A stretch of DNA of 64,000 nucleotides, taken from assembly GCA_025594325.1 (NCBI GenBank), contig JANHCV010000013.1, positions 434,001-498,000 of the forward strand. The letters run 5' to 3'. Position 1 is the stretch's first letter, and every line of letters starts with the position of its first letter. The position numbers were made by a program, and so were the translations under genes. A model generated the notes under the pieces. The model saw nothing but the letters and a program-made list of their open reading frames with translations. It searched no databases and was not told where the DNA came from. This document shows, one piece after another, positions 1 to 12,330 of the stretch. This DNA comes from Blastocladiella emersonii ATCC 22665 (taxonomy: Eukaryota > Fungi > Blastocladiomycota).

Positions 1-149
1 TGTAAACTTTACAGCTGGCGTTGCCCATGTTGTTGATATCGTGGAAGTCTAGGTTGGTGGCTTACTATTAGGGACCGCGCTTGGAGGGGGGAGGCCACCC
101 TGATTTTTATAGGCCGAGGGCACAGGTACGTTGGTGCTTCGTTATAGCA

Positions 150-368
150 CTGCACGGTGGCCGCACAAGATCTGCTCTCACCACCGCGCGGTGGACACAG
201 CTGCTCTCACCACCGCGCGGTGGCCACAGCTGCTCTTACCACCGCGCAGTGGCCGCACAGCAGCTGCCCTTATTACCGCGCGGCGGCCGCACAACGTCTG
301 CTCTCACCACCGCGCGGTCGCTGCACAACGTCTGCTCTCACCACCGCGCGGTGGCCGCACAGCGTCTG
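150..368. repeat. Tandem array of about 6 units (29-34 bp), each with the palindromic core CCACCGCGCGGTGG
   Basis: Core exact at 181-194, 210-223 and 341-354, variants near 239, 273 and 307; each preceded by CTGCTCTCA-like sequence. Confidence 0.9.
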
Positions 369-591
369 CCTACAACAAGTACTTGAACGGCCGCTGCTCG
401 TCCGCGCTCCTCCGCTCAACATCTCCTCTGCTATTCCACGATCGTTGCAGGCTTCAAGCTCAGCAAAACAAGTTTACATTCCCTTTGGCGTTACTGGCAT
501 CACTTTCTCGAGTCGTTCCATTGGACGCAACCTTCAAGCCAAGCAAGCTTTACGGTTGTGTGTTTGCTTTGGTGTGTACATTTTCGCCGTC

Positions 592-1914
592 ATGAACAAG
601 GGCGCCGATTCTGCGGTCCCCAACGCGGGCCTTCAACAGGCTTCTGGAGGTGCAGCTGGCCTTCTTGGGCGCCGTTCTCAAGCTGCTTTTCTTTATCGCG
701 TCATGTCCGTTGACGAGCTTCTTGCACAGCCCGTTCGTGTCGCGGCTGGTCAAGCTCTGTCCCAGGTCTGGTTTTCCGAGTCGCTTAAACACACGCAAAA
801 GTTTCTTCCCAAACGACTTAGCCAGGTCGCTGCTGGAACCTGGAACCCTGTGAGTGCTGTCCGTTTCACAGTTCCACGCAAGGTGTACCAAGCGATCCGT
901 GAGCAGGCAATGTCGCAGCGCAACATCTCTCAGTTTCTCGGGCATCAAAATTCTCAGTTCAATTTCGAGCAACTGCTTCAGCTTCCCAAGGACAGCCCGC
1001 TGACCAAACCTGGTGCCCTTCTTGGAAAGGGGCCCAAGGCAAATTTGTACCTTGGCGTTGAGGATGGCAAAAAGCTTACGCAGGCCATTAAGCTCGTTGA
1101 AGTTGCAGGTCCGCTGCCTCTTGGGTCTCCAGTCGATTCCATTAAAAGCAGCTCGTTTCATCACAGGGCCGTTATCAACCCAAACGGTACTGTCGACTTC
1201 AAGCCAGTGAAAAGCCTTCGAAAATTCTTTGCCGATCACCCCAAGTCTCTTAAATGTGTTGGCGCGACCATCGACCTTGTTCTATTTGGTGTGGCGCTTG
1301 GTACAAGCATTGCAACGGGTGACCCACGTCCTGCTGTTGAAACTGCGGTGACTATTGCTGGAGCGGCCGGAGCTGCCACAATCGCTTCCGCTTATGCTCC
1401 CATTGTTGGCGCTGCAGCTGTTGCGGGACCCTTAGCCGCTGCAGTGGGGGTGGCTATGGTGATTTCGCTGGTGTTTGACCTCCTCTGGCCCTGCACGAAC
1501 CCTGTTTATCATGTGCCAGTTGCACCAGGGCCGGGCCCCCCTAACATCATGCGGCAGGCCATTTCTATGAGCAGCTTGCCTGGTATGCAGCAGGCGATCC
1601 GCTTGATCCCGCAAGGGCCTCCTCAGGTCATGACAAGTGTTTTCCCTCTCCGCGGCCAGCCTGTCTTGTTCGAACAAGCTGCTCGGGAGCCCTTGGAATG
1701 TGCAATGGTTCGGGTCGAGTCCTCACAGCTTGAGAAAGGCGAGGTGGTCATTGGAGTCTTTGGAGAGAGCGACGATCCAAACGCCGAAGTGGTTGTTGTC
1801 TCCACTGACGTGGAAACGGCGGAAACTGGATTCATGCTGACTGAAACGGTCGCTGGCACGAAAGACGGCAAGGTCGTGGTCAGGCTCTCAAACCTGATCA
1901 ATGTTGACAAGTAG
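592..1914 (+). CDS. Intronless hypothetical protein (440 aa) with hydrophobic Gly/Ala-rich helices
   Basis: Within track ORF 157..1914. The first plausible ATG after the repeat array is at 592 (MNKGADS). T-richer codon use than neighbouring host genes; hydrophobic tract VLFGVALG...VISLVFDLLW. Confidence 0.6.
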   Translation: MNKGADSAVPNAGLQQASGGAAGLLGRRSQAAFLYRVMSVDELLAQPVRVAAGQALSQVWFSESLKHTQKFLPKRLSQVAAGTWNPVSAVRFTVPRKVYQAIREQAMSQRNISQFLGHQNSQFNFEQLLQLPKDSPLTKPGALLGKGPKANLYLGVEDGKKLTQAIKLVEVAGPLPLGSPVDSIKSSSFHHRAVINPNGTVDFKPVKSLRKFFADHPKSLKCVGATIDLVLFGVALGTSIATGDPRPAVETAVTIAGAAGAATIASAYAPIVGAAAVAGPLAAAVGVAMVISLVFDLLWPCTNPVYHVPVAPGPGPPNIMRQAISMSSLPGMQQAIRLIPQGPPQVMTSVFPLRGQPVLFEQAAREPLECAMVRVESSQLEKGEVVIGVFGESDDPNAEVVVVSTDVETAETGFMLTETVAGTKDGKVVVRLSNLINVDK

Positions 1915-2257
1915 CGCAGAGATTGTGCGGGATTCGTGTTGTTGACAATGAGTTTTGTTTCATTTATTTGAGGTTTGTTTTCATACGACCTCGAGCGCGG
2001 CGCGAGACGAGAGCGCGTCTGAAATGGGTCAATGTGGCGCGTCGCGTCCCTCAGCCACTCACGTGCTGGCTGATCCTTGTCTTTGCTGCCGCAGGTCGCC
2101 TTGCTCCAGCACTGCTTGCTTCAGAATCGCTTGGTTCAGTCTTAGTTCAATGATCGAGGGTTTAGACACCTACCGCTCCGTATTGCCCGCTGAGAAAAGA
2201 CGACTACGAGACGGGATCAGTGCAATGAAAGCCGCACGACAACTACATCCAATACAT

Positions 2258-4568
2258 CTAATCAACCGACATGTCATCCATCGACCCAGGCACCACCCGT
2301 GCCGCCATCCTCACAATCCGCTCCACAACCCCCGCCGCCTCAAAATCGCCCTTCTTCCTGCACACCGCCCCCGCCTCGCGCGCCGCCTCGACCGCGCCCT
2401 TTGGCATATCCCACCGCCGCGCCGCAAGCACAGGCGCGAGCAGCTTCCACGCCCACATCGGGATCCCTGCGTGCCACGCGATCGCGCGGTCGAGGACGAA
2501 CCCGGGCGCGTGCGTCAGGAGGACGGGCAGGAGCGCGTGCGTCACGGCGGGCGTCAGGTCGCACAGCGAGCCCCGCGACAGCAGCCGCGTGACGAGCTGC
2601 ACGACGGCCTGCGACTGCGCGGCCGCGCGGACCGTGTGCTGCGCGGTCTCGAGGAGGCCGGGGAACGTCGCGAGGAGCGTGTCGAGCGCGCTCGCCGCGT
2701 CGGCCGCGCGCGTCGCGTCGGTCCCGTCGTCCGCGAGCGCGTCGAGGAGGACGAGCCGCGCGGCGGCGAGCTGGCGCGCGGGCTTGTCGCGGAGCGCGGC
2801 GGCGAGGTTGGGCGGGAGCGGCGAGGGTGCGGTGGTGAGGACGGCCGTGATGACGATGGCGAGGCCCGGGTGGGTGGTGGTGAGTTTCGGGTCCTCGGCG
2901 AATAGGCACGCGTCGTTGACGAGGTGCGCGCGGTCGGCGGCGGTGTTGCACGCGCCAGGAGCCAGGGCGCGTAGTCGGCGGTCGACATGAGGTTCTCGAA
3001 CGACGGGTCGAGGACCGAGATGGGGTTCAGGCCCAGCAGGCGCAGGGCGTGGAATAGCTGCGGGAACTCTTGCGGGTCCGGGCGGAGCCACTTGTCAAAG
3101 AAGACTGCGCAACAGCACGCGGTTAGTCCACGCCACAGGAAAAGGAGTGAGCAGCGAACGTACTGAGTGCCGTAGACATCTTGATCTGCTCCGCATTGAG
3201 CGCCTTGCGCATAATCTCGACAATTCCGAGCTGCCCGGCCGCGACCGACGCGGGGAACACGTACGACCAGGACTCCTCCTCCATGACGCCCGCGGCAGCG
3301 ATCGCGGGGATCGCGCCGAGCTCGCCGTGCGACACGAAGTGGATCAGCCGCGTGATGACCTTCTTGTGGGTCGGCGACCCGTACTTTTTCGCGAGCGGCA
3401 CGTCGTACTCGGTCGCGAGCGGCACGAACACGGACACGGCGAGATGTGGTGCCGTGACAAAGAACGCGAGACTCGGGTCGCGCGCGCGGTCGAGCGTCCA
3501 CCCGAGCGCCGTAAGGCGGCGGAGCAGCGGCGGGACGACGGCGGCCGCGTCGCGGTGCAGCATGTCGATGCGCGACAGGAACAGCGTGTAGATGGGCGAC
3601 GCCGACGCGAGCTTCGCGAACTCGAGCGGCTCGATGCCCGCGACCGCCAACACCGCGTCGAACGCAGGCACGTTCCACAGGACGAGCGCCGCGACCGCGA
3701 GCGCCGCGCCGTACGTCATGGCGTGCTCGGGCGCGAGCCGGTCGGCGGCTTCCGCGAGCGCGCCGCGGACCCGCTGGCTCGTTGTCAGCCACAGGCGCGA
3801 CCAGGTGGTCAGCGGCGCGCGCGCGGTGCGCAGGCCCGGGTCGAGGCGGTACAGGTGCGCGAGCGACCAGCGCAGGCCGGCGAGGTCGTTGGCGTACAGG
3901 AAAAAGTAGGGCAGCATCATGCCCTCGGGCGCGGCGCGCAGGCCGAGCGAGGCGTGCAGCGACGCGGGCGGGGCGTCGAGCAGCGGGCGGAGCGACTCGA
4001 AGAGCGTCGAGGTACCGCCCGTCGCCAAAGTCGCGGGCTGCGGCTTGGCGGCGGGCCGGCGCTTCGCGTTGCGTGCGCTCTTGGACCCGGCGGGCCGTCT
4101 CGCGGGCGCCTGCTTCTTGCCGCCGCCGCTGCCGACGCGCATCTGCGCGACGCCGTCGGCGACCGCATCGACCCCCGCCCCGCCACCGCGGTAGAAGGCA
4201 GCAACCACGTCCTCATCCCCAAACGGGTGCGGGAATTTGATCCCCTTGCCGCCCTTGAACACGTCGCACCCGTCGCTCAGCCCGGCGGCGAAGCGCGAGC
4301 GGAGGTAGGCGGCGAACGGGACGCGCAGCTGGCGGGCGGCGGGGAAGCCGGCGTCGGTGGCGTCAGCGAAGCGGGTGTCGAGCGAGTCGGGCGAGTAGCT
4401 GGCGAGGGTGCGCAGGGTCCAGGTGCACCGGGCGAGCGGGGAGCGGGCGGCGGTCGCGAGGCAGCGCGAAGACGTGGCGGCCCGGGTGCGGGTGGTGGAC
4501 AGCGCGAGGACAGTGTTGAGCACGCGCGGCGGGAGCAAGTTCAGAGACGAGTGCTTGGGCTTTTTCAT
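2258..4568 (-). CDS. Host hypothetical protein, one intron plus an apparent frameshift
   Basis: ATG at 4568 (MKKPKHSS). Intron 3105-3163 with GTACGT donor, CTAAC branch and CAG acceptor. Coding sense switches frame near 2955 (…DYAPWLLA / ACNTAADRAHLV…). Confidence 0.6.
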
Positions 4569-4739
4569 GGTGAATGCATAGAGTAGTGGTAGGTGGGGGA
4601 GAGGGGAACGGGTGTGGGCGGCGATTGGGCGTTTGAACGTCGACCCCGCCGACCACCGACCAACACCGACAACAGCAAGGGAATAAACTGAGATATGTAT
4701 TATAGTAAATAACTGAACAGACACACGCGGACAAACCAC

Positions 4740-5786
<1,047 letters not shown>

Positions 5787-5794
5787 TCAACACC

Positions 5795-7051
5795 ATGGAC
5801 GAGAAGACCAAGCGCCTCGGCTTCGCCATCGTCGAGTTCCTGACGGCGTACGGCGGCGCCGACCACGTGTCGGACGAGGACCGCGAGTCGCTCGAGGTCG
5901 CCTCGCAGTGCCTGCAGGAGGTCTTCAAGGTCGACGCCGCCGACGCCGACCAGGCCAAGCTCTACTCGATCAAGCCGCACTCGCTCGCCACCGTCTTTGA
6001 CGTCTACCTCAAGACCGTCGCCGCCAAGAAGGCCCCCACTGCCGCTGCGCGCTCGGCCCCTGCCGCTGCTGCCGCGCCCGCCACCCCCGCCGTCGTCTCC
6101 GACGCCGACGCCAAGCGCGCCGAGGAGCTCAAGGCCGCGGGCAACAAGCTCGTCGCCGAGCGCAAGTACGCCGACGCCGTCGACAAGTACACGGCCGCCA
6201 TCGCCCTCAACCCCAACAACGCCATCTACTTCTCGAACCGGTACGGCATTCCCTCCCCCCTAAACCCTCCCCCACCTCCCGCTCACACACTCCCAACCCC
6301 CGCCACAGCGCCGCCGCCAACTCGGGCTACGGCAACCACGACGCCGCCGTCGACGACGCGCACGCCGCGCTGCGCATCGACCCCAACTTCAGCAAGGCCT
6401 ACTCGCGCCTCGGCCACGCCCTGTTCGCGCTCGCCCGCTTCCAGGACGCCCACGACGCCTACGCCAAGGGGCTCGAGCTCGACCCTACCAACGCCGCCAT
6501 GAAGCAGGCCCTCGCCCAGGTCAAGTCCAAGCTGCCCATCGTCACCGAGCCCGAGTCGCCCGCCGCTGACGCCGAGGAGGAGGAGAGCGAGGAGGACGAG
6601 GCCGCTGCGGTTGACAGCACGCCCCGCGGTGCGCCCGGTGCTGGCGCGGGTGCCGGCGGTATGCCCGACCTCGCGGGTCTCCTCAACAACCCCGGCCTCA
6701 TGTCCATGGCCCAGCAGATGATGGCCAACAACCCCGGCCTCGCCCAGATGGCTCAGCAGTTCATGGGCGGTGCTGGCGGCGCTGGTGCCGGTGCTGGTGG
6801 TGCGGGCGGTCTCGGCGATATGCTCAACAACCCCGCGCTCATGAACATGTACGTTATTCCCGCGACTCCCGCTCGGATTGAATACCGACTGACCTCCCCT
6901 CGTCGACCTGTGTAGGGCGCAGCAGGCCATGCAGGACCCCAACATGATGGCCAACCTCGCCTCCATGATGGGCGGCGCCGGTGGTGCCGGTGCCGGTGCC
7001 GGCGGCGCGCCGCGCGGCGGCCGTGGTGGCCGCGGTCGCGGGGGTCGCTAA
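5795..7051 (+). CDS. SGT2: Small glutamine-rich TPR co-chaperone (Sgt2/SGTA)
   Basis: N-terminal dimerisation motif ESLEVASQCL. TPRs AEELKAAGNK…YFSNR|AAA…KAYSRLG. Met/Gln-rich STI1-like tail. Introns 6241-6308 and 6849-6915; stop TAA 7049-7051. Confidence 0.93.
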
Positions 7052-7119
7052 GCCGGTCTCCCTTTCGGTTCCCCATTTTGCACGTCGTACATACTATAAA
7101 CTTGTGTATCAACCACCTC

Positions 7120-8220
7120 TCAAACGTGCTTGGCCGCGCGCGCCTCGGCGCGGAACACGCAGAAATAGAGCGGGCCCCACCCGTCGGCCGTGTCGGGCAG
7201 CACGATCCACCCGAGCTTGGTCGCCTCGCCCAGCGGCAGCTTGCGCCGCACCACGGAAATGTCGACGTGCATGTACCACGCGTCGTCTTCTTCATCGAAC
7301 TCGTCATAGGTATCGCCCTCGTCCTCGTCCTCCTCGTCGTCATCCGACAGATCCGCGGCCGCACGGCGCGCCGCGTGCTTGCGCGAGTACCGCTTACGCA
7401 TCTTAGCGATCCGCGCAAGCACCTTCTTCGCGACCTCGTCGTTCTCGGCGTCGGCGATCGAGCACGTCGCGTACACCAGCGTGCCGCCGGCCTGGAGCAC
7501 CGCGAGCCCGCTCCACAGCAGCTTCTGCTGGCGCACGCTCGCGTGGCGGTTGCGCGACGCCGACCATTTCGCGAGCTCGCCCGCGTCGTGCAGCACGTGG
7601 CGCTCGCTCGAGCACGGCGCGTCGATCAGGACCTTGGTGAACCGCCGGTGCCCGCGCGCAAACGCCGCCCCGTTCATCCCCGTCACCGTCAGCTGCCCGT
7701 GCAGGCGCTCGGGCAGGTGCGCGTGCAGCACGTCGACGAGCCGCGCGCGGCGGTCGACCGACGGTTCGTTGGCCGTCAGGGACCCGCGCGCCGCGAGTTT
7801 CGGGTCCGCGCCCGGCGCGCCGAGCAGGCGGAACAGGATGTTGAGCGACTTGCCGCCGGGCGCCGCGCACATGTCGAGCACGCTGTCCCCCGGCACCACG
7901 CGCAGCGCCTCGACCGCCGCCATGCTCGCCAGGTCCATGCAGTAGTACGCAAACTTGTTGAACACGTCGCGCTCGGGGCGCGCGAACGGGTACCCGCGGT
8001 CGCCGTCCGTCGCCGTCGTCGTGATCGCCGTCACCTGCAGCCACGGGACGCGGGACAGCGTGCCCGTCGCTTTGGCGAGGAGGGAGCGCACGACTGCGGG
8101 CTCGGCGAACGGGTTGATCAGCACCGCGTGCCGCGTCGGCGCCTTGAGCGCCGGGAGCAAGGTGGACCAACGGTCCGCGCCGTAGTGCTCGGAAAAGTGC
8201 GCGTTGAAGGCGCGTGACAT
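7120..8220 (-). CDS. NOL1/NOP2/Sun-family RNA m5C methyltransferase, NSUN3/NSUN4-like
   Basis: VLDMCAAPGGKS, VLIDAPCS, LVYATCS…ENDEV and GPLYFC motifs; ATG at 8220. Confidence 0.9.
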   Translation of the reverse strand: MSRAFNAHFSEHYGADRWSTLLPALKAPTRHAVLINPFAEPAVVRSLLAKATGTLSRVPWLQVTAITTTATDGDRGYPFARPERDVFNKFAYYCMDLASMAAVEALRVVPGDSVLDMCAAPGGKSLNILFRLLGAPGADPKLAARGSLTANEPSVDRRARLVDVLHAHLPERLHGQLTVTGMNGAAFARGHRRFTKVLIDAPCSSERHVLHDAGELAKWSASRNRHASVRQQKLLWSGLAVLQAGGTLVYATCSIADAENDEVAKKVLARIAKMRKRYSRKHAARRAAADLSDDDEEDEDEGDTYDEFDEEDDAWYMHVDISVVRRKLPLGEATKLGWIVLPDTADGWGPLYFCVFRAEARAAKHV

Positions 8221-8712
8221 TGCAAATGGGGTGTGGGGTGGGGGTAGGGGGAGAGAAGGTCGGCGCGCCGAAGTGTGGCGGAGTTGACGCTGGTCGCACG
8301 TCAGGTGACCGGTCGCCAGGTGGCTTTCGTGATCACGCGGTATAAGCGACGCGTCCCCCGCACAGCTGTCGCAGGAGAGTGACCTCAGGAAATGCGCGAC
8401 GCATTCGAGGCATAATGTTGGATGGTCAATGTAGCGCCCGGAGAGAAGTCGGGGACGCTTTTTTTTACGGAGTCGCACTGACGGTAAATCGACCATGTAG
8501 GAATGAGCGACGCGTACGGGCGCGGTGCTGACAGTAAATGCATTGAACACGGCGAAAGAGCGACGCGTTCGCAGTACAGTGCCGACAGTAAATTGATGGC
8601 AGGGGGAGTGAGCGACGCATGAGGAAACGGGAAACGCTGACAGTAACGACTCTTCTATAAACAAACAACCGCCGTGACGGGAAGGCCAGTTGTATTTTCA
8701 GCAGAACATCAA

Positions 8713-10092
8713 TCATTCGTAATCCCCATCGCGCAAACCATGACATTTGCCAGCACCACGACGCAAGTCACCCGAGAAGTGAGCACCAAGCATTGCGCAA
8801 AGCAGCTGCTTCGCAGCATTGGCTTCGCGCACGAGTTCCAGGGAGCTCTGCTTTGTCTCTTCCGCTTCCAGGATGAAGGTGGTGAGCCAAGAGAGCGCGT
8901 GGGCAACAGCGGGTGTCAAAAATGCAGCCGTGCTTGGTTCAGTTGGAAGAACTCGCAGGACAATTTTGAAGACATCGGAATGCTGAGCATGTAGAAGGGC
9001 AAACGCCTTTGGGTAGCCAGCAACAACGTGCAAGGGCGAATCCCCCGCGTCCGCGTCAGCTGTCGAATTCCTCCAGCCTTGCGAGTACAGGCAACCCATA
9101 ACACGAGCCAATTTCTCATGTGTCGGCAGACCCAGCTGTAACCGGGGAGAAGTGTTGTGGCGTGGTTGAAACAGCCACATGGAGGCCCAATCCGTCGAGA
9201 GGTCCATGACAAGGTTTGTGTGGTTTTCGCTGAACTGGGGGCGCGAGAGGAACTGGAGCGGCTCAAATTGCCAAGCAGCAATCGCAATGAAAGTGAGTAG
9301 AGTAGATCAGTAAATCGAGGTGCAAACCTGGGGTAAGGGGGGGGGGAAGATGAGGTAGGTAGAGTAGGAGCTGAGCTCGAGTTCGGCGAGAACGGGTTCG
9401 AGAACGCCGGCCTGGCCCGTAGTGACAGCGTGTACCGCGACCAGAAAGTAGACGACAAGTGGGTGCTGGTACAGCTGGCTCGGATGGGCCGATTTCGCGC
9501 TCTCGACAAGCGCGACAATGTCAAAAGGCGACATAGTGGCAGGCTCGTCCAAAGCTTGGTCAGGCGGCAAGCGAGCGGCCGTGCTCGCCGAGACGCAACG
9601 AATGAGAGAACGCATCAAGGTTTCGGCGCTGCGGTAGCAAGGGGTCAACGACGCATGCTCAAGATGACGATCGAACTGAACGGGTATTTCCCACCGCAAC
9701 CTGAGAGAAGCATTGAGAGTTGACAGGACACTGCCGATTTGATTGGCATCAAAGCCCCCCGGTAAGCTTTACAGTTGGTCGGTATCCAAGTCGGCATCTG
9801 AGACGCGGTCAGATTGACCTTTATCGTCGTCATTGACTTCGTCGTTTGCATCAACATTCTCGCCCTCGTTAGAGAAGCCGCCGAGTTGATTGGGAGCTGA
9901 ACTGGCGGCGAGGCGGGCGTTTTGCTTTGCTTGTTTGACAGAGGAGCAAGAGATTTCGCCGAGTATCCAGTTGGAGAGGACGAGGGTGTTTGAAGCTAGG
10001 AGAGAGGTCGCCCGCGAGGCAAGCGGGATCGCGACCTGGGGCGATGCTAGACGCCCAACGACGACGGCGACCGCGGGCGGCACGAAGCTCAT
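8713..10092 (-). pseudogene. Fragmented paralogue (copy A) of the gene at 12331-14821
   Basis: MSFVPPAVAVVVGRLASPQVAIPLASRAT matches MSFADLPAEVAVVIRQLARPRLAIPLASRAT; HALSWLTTF…LLCAMLGAHFS matches HAISWLTTF…LLCAMLAAHFS. Split over ORFs 9769..10341, 9307..9699, 8916..9524 and 8713..9207. Confidence 0.75.
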
Positions 10093-10517
10093 GGTGTGAG
10101 AACGTGGTGATCGATAATCTAGTTGCATGGATTGCTTCATGGGAGTGCTGTGGGAGGGAGCGAGAGTCTGCGGAGACGCGCTGCGAGTGTTCGTGGGAAT
10201 CGCATCAAGTCCGCCGCCCTCGCTCGCGTGACTGTGGCGCAACACGCCTTTTCTAGCGACCGCCCAAGTCCACCAGCGCGATCTCTTGAAGGTCTGCTGC
10301 AGTGCTGGCCTCTCGTCACGTTCGCAACTTGATGACAACACAGCCTCGTGAGTGGCGCTTTGTCGGCGCCACTGGCCGCGGTGGCACGCTCAAACCGTCC
10401 CGCGCTCCCTCGCAGCTATCACCTAACACAGCAACACGTAGCGTCATGAACTCGCATGATTTATCAACTCCCGGCAACGCGCCCAGCACCGACACGCGGC
10501 CCTAACCGTCGCCGTTC

Positions 10518-12188
10518 GTGCCCGCGCGCCGCCTCGGGCCCAACGACGTGAGCGGGGTCGCGGCGCTGACGCCGTACGCGATGCGCACCGCGCTGGAGCG
10601 CCGACTCGATCGGATCGCCGAGGCCGTCCGCGGCAAGCAGCACTGTGCGCGCAAGTTTGCGGGCAACTCCGCGCTGCGCGCCAAGTGGCATCAGGAGCTC
10701 GTTGAGCAGGTGCCGACCCGGACCTTGTTGATTATGTGTTCCCCGAGCTCGCGGTCGTCGCTGAGCATGATCCGACGGCCGCAAGGCCATGTAACGTGTT
10801 TGCCAGCGACGACGCGGTTCCCGAAGACTTGCGCGCGCAGTTTGTCGATTTGGTGCGCGGCGGGCTGGAAGACGTGCCGCCCGAGCAGCGCGACTGGACC
10901 CGGGATCGAACGGCCAGATTCTCGATCTCATGAACCCGTCCCTGTTTCTCGTTGTCTACAACCGCACCCGCTTGGACCAGGACTACCGCTTGCACATCCT
11001 GCTTCCCTCCTTGACAGCCACCGCGACTACCATCGCCGAAGCGCCGCACGAGACGCCGCCCTTCACATCGACAGCGTACCAGTGGCTCCCCGCCGACTTT
11101 GCCGTCGACGAGTCCGGCCGCACGCGCTTCACTTCGTACATAAACGACCTGCACCCGTATGACCACGTCGACCTGTACGACTTCGCCATGCTGCCGCTGT
11201 TTGAGCGCATGCTCACGCGCCTCCGCGGGCCGCTCCCGAACCGCACCAAGATTATCGTTCGCCGCGTGGTGACGGGCCTTGCCGAAACGGACCATGATCT
11301 GGGCGACGGGGCGGCGGATAACGGCGACGCGCGGAAAATGCAGTTGCCAGCGGCGAAATTGACGACGAGGAGGAGGAGCCGGAGATTGTGTACTACGACC
11401 CGTACGGCATTAGTAACGGGCGCGTCCTCGTGCCGCCGACGCTGCCAACGAAGCTCCTTGACTTTCACGCCCTGGTCACAGCCGCGTCGCGATCCCGCGT
11501 CTCGCTGCGCGGCCGCTCGATGCAGGTGATCGTCAAGCCGGCCAACATCCACCTGACCCCCGAGACCCCCAAGTACGCGGGCGACGCGTGGCACGTCGAG
11601 GTTATGGAAAACGAGCGCATCGTCGCGACGGGCCTGTAATATTACGACGTCGACAACATCACGACGTCACGGCTCGCGTTCCGCGCCTTCGTGCAGCCGC
11701 CCGACTCGCCGGGCAACGAGCACGAGGAAATGTATACCATCTACCGGCTCCGCCACCGCGACCAGCTCAACGAGCCCGTCGGCGCCGTCACCGCGCACCA
11801 CGGCCGCGTCGTCGTGTTCCCCAACACGCACCAGCACCGCGCGTTGCCGTTCAAGCTTGCCGACGCGGCCCGGCCCGGCCACCGCAAGATCGTCGCGTTC
11901 TTCCTCGTCGACCCGAACGCGCCGGTCACATCGGCCGCGTCGGTTCCGCCGCAGCAGCTCGAGTGGGCGATGTGCGACGAGGCGCTCGTTACGGCCGCGC
12001 TGGCTGCAGCAGGCGAGCCCGAGGGCGAGACGGATGCTGTGAAGGCGGTCCGTGCCGCGTACCCTGGGCTCATGACGCTCGATGAGGCCAAGGAGCACCG
12101 CGCCGCGCTCATGAAGGAGCGGCCACAGTTCGCCGTTGATCATAACAATTGCGTGTTCACGGTGCCGTTCAACATTTGCGAACACTAG
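10518..12188 (+). pseudogene. DUF4246-family (2OG-Fe(II) oxygenase-like) gene, disrupted
   Basis: YQWLPADFAVD…SYINDLHP, QVIVKPANIHLTPE..KY.G..WHVE, GRVVVFPN.HQH, GHRKIVAFFLVDP, VPPQQ and MTLDEAKEHR motifs. Several frame changes and an in-frame TAA at 11637-11639 (GL*YYD). Confidence 0.85.
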
Positions 12189-12330
12189 ATACATTCATAC
12201 TCGCTCAATGGAATCACGGTGCAAGCAGACCACCTTTCACAGAACGCAGTTGAGGCGATGTAAATGAAATTTGAATGTTGAAACGGAGAACCAAGTGGCA
12301 ACAACAAGAAGGAAGCATCAGGACGACGAA

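Noticed and set aside
2051-2065. TCAGCCACTCACGTG shared with 28298-28312
   Set aside because: A single 15-mer match containing a common E-box is not significant in 64 kb.
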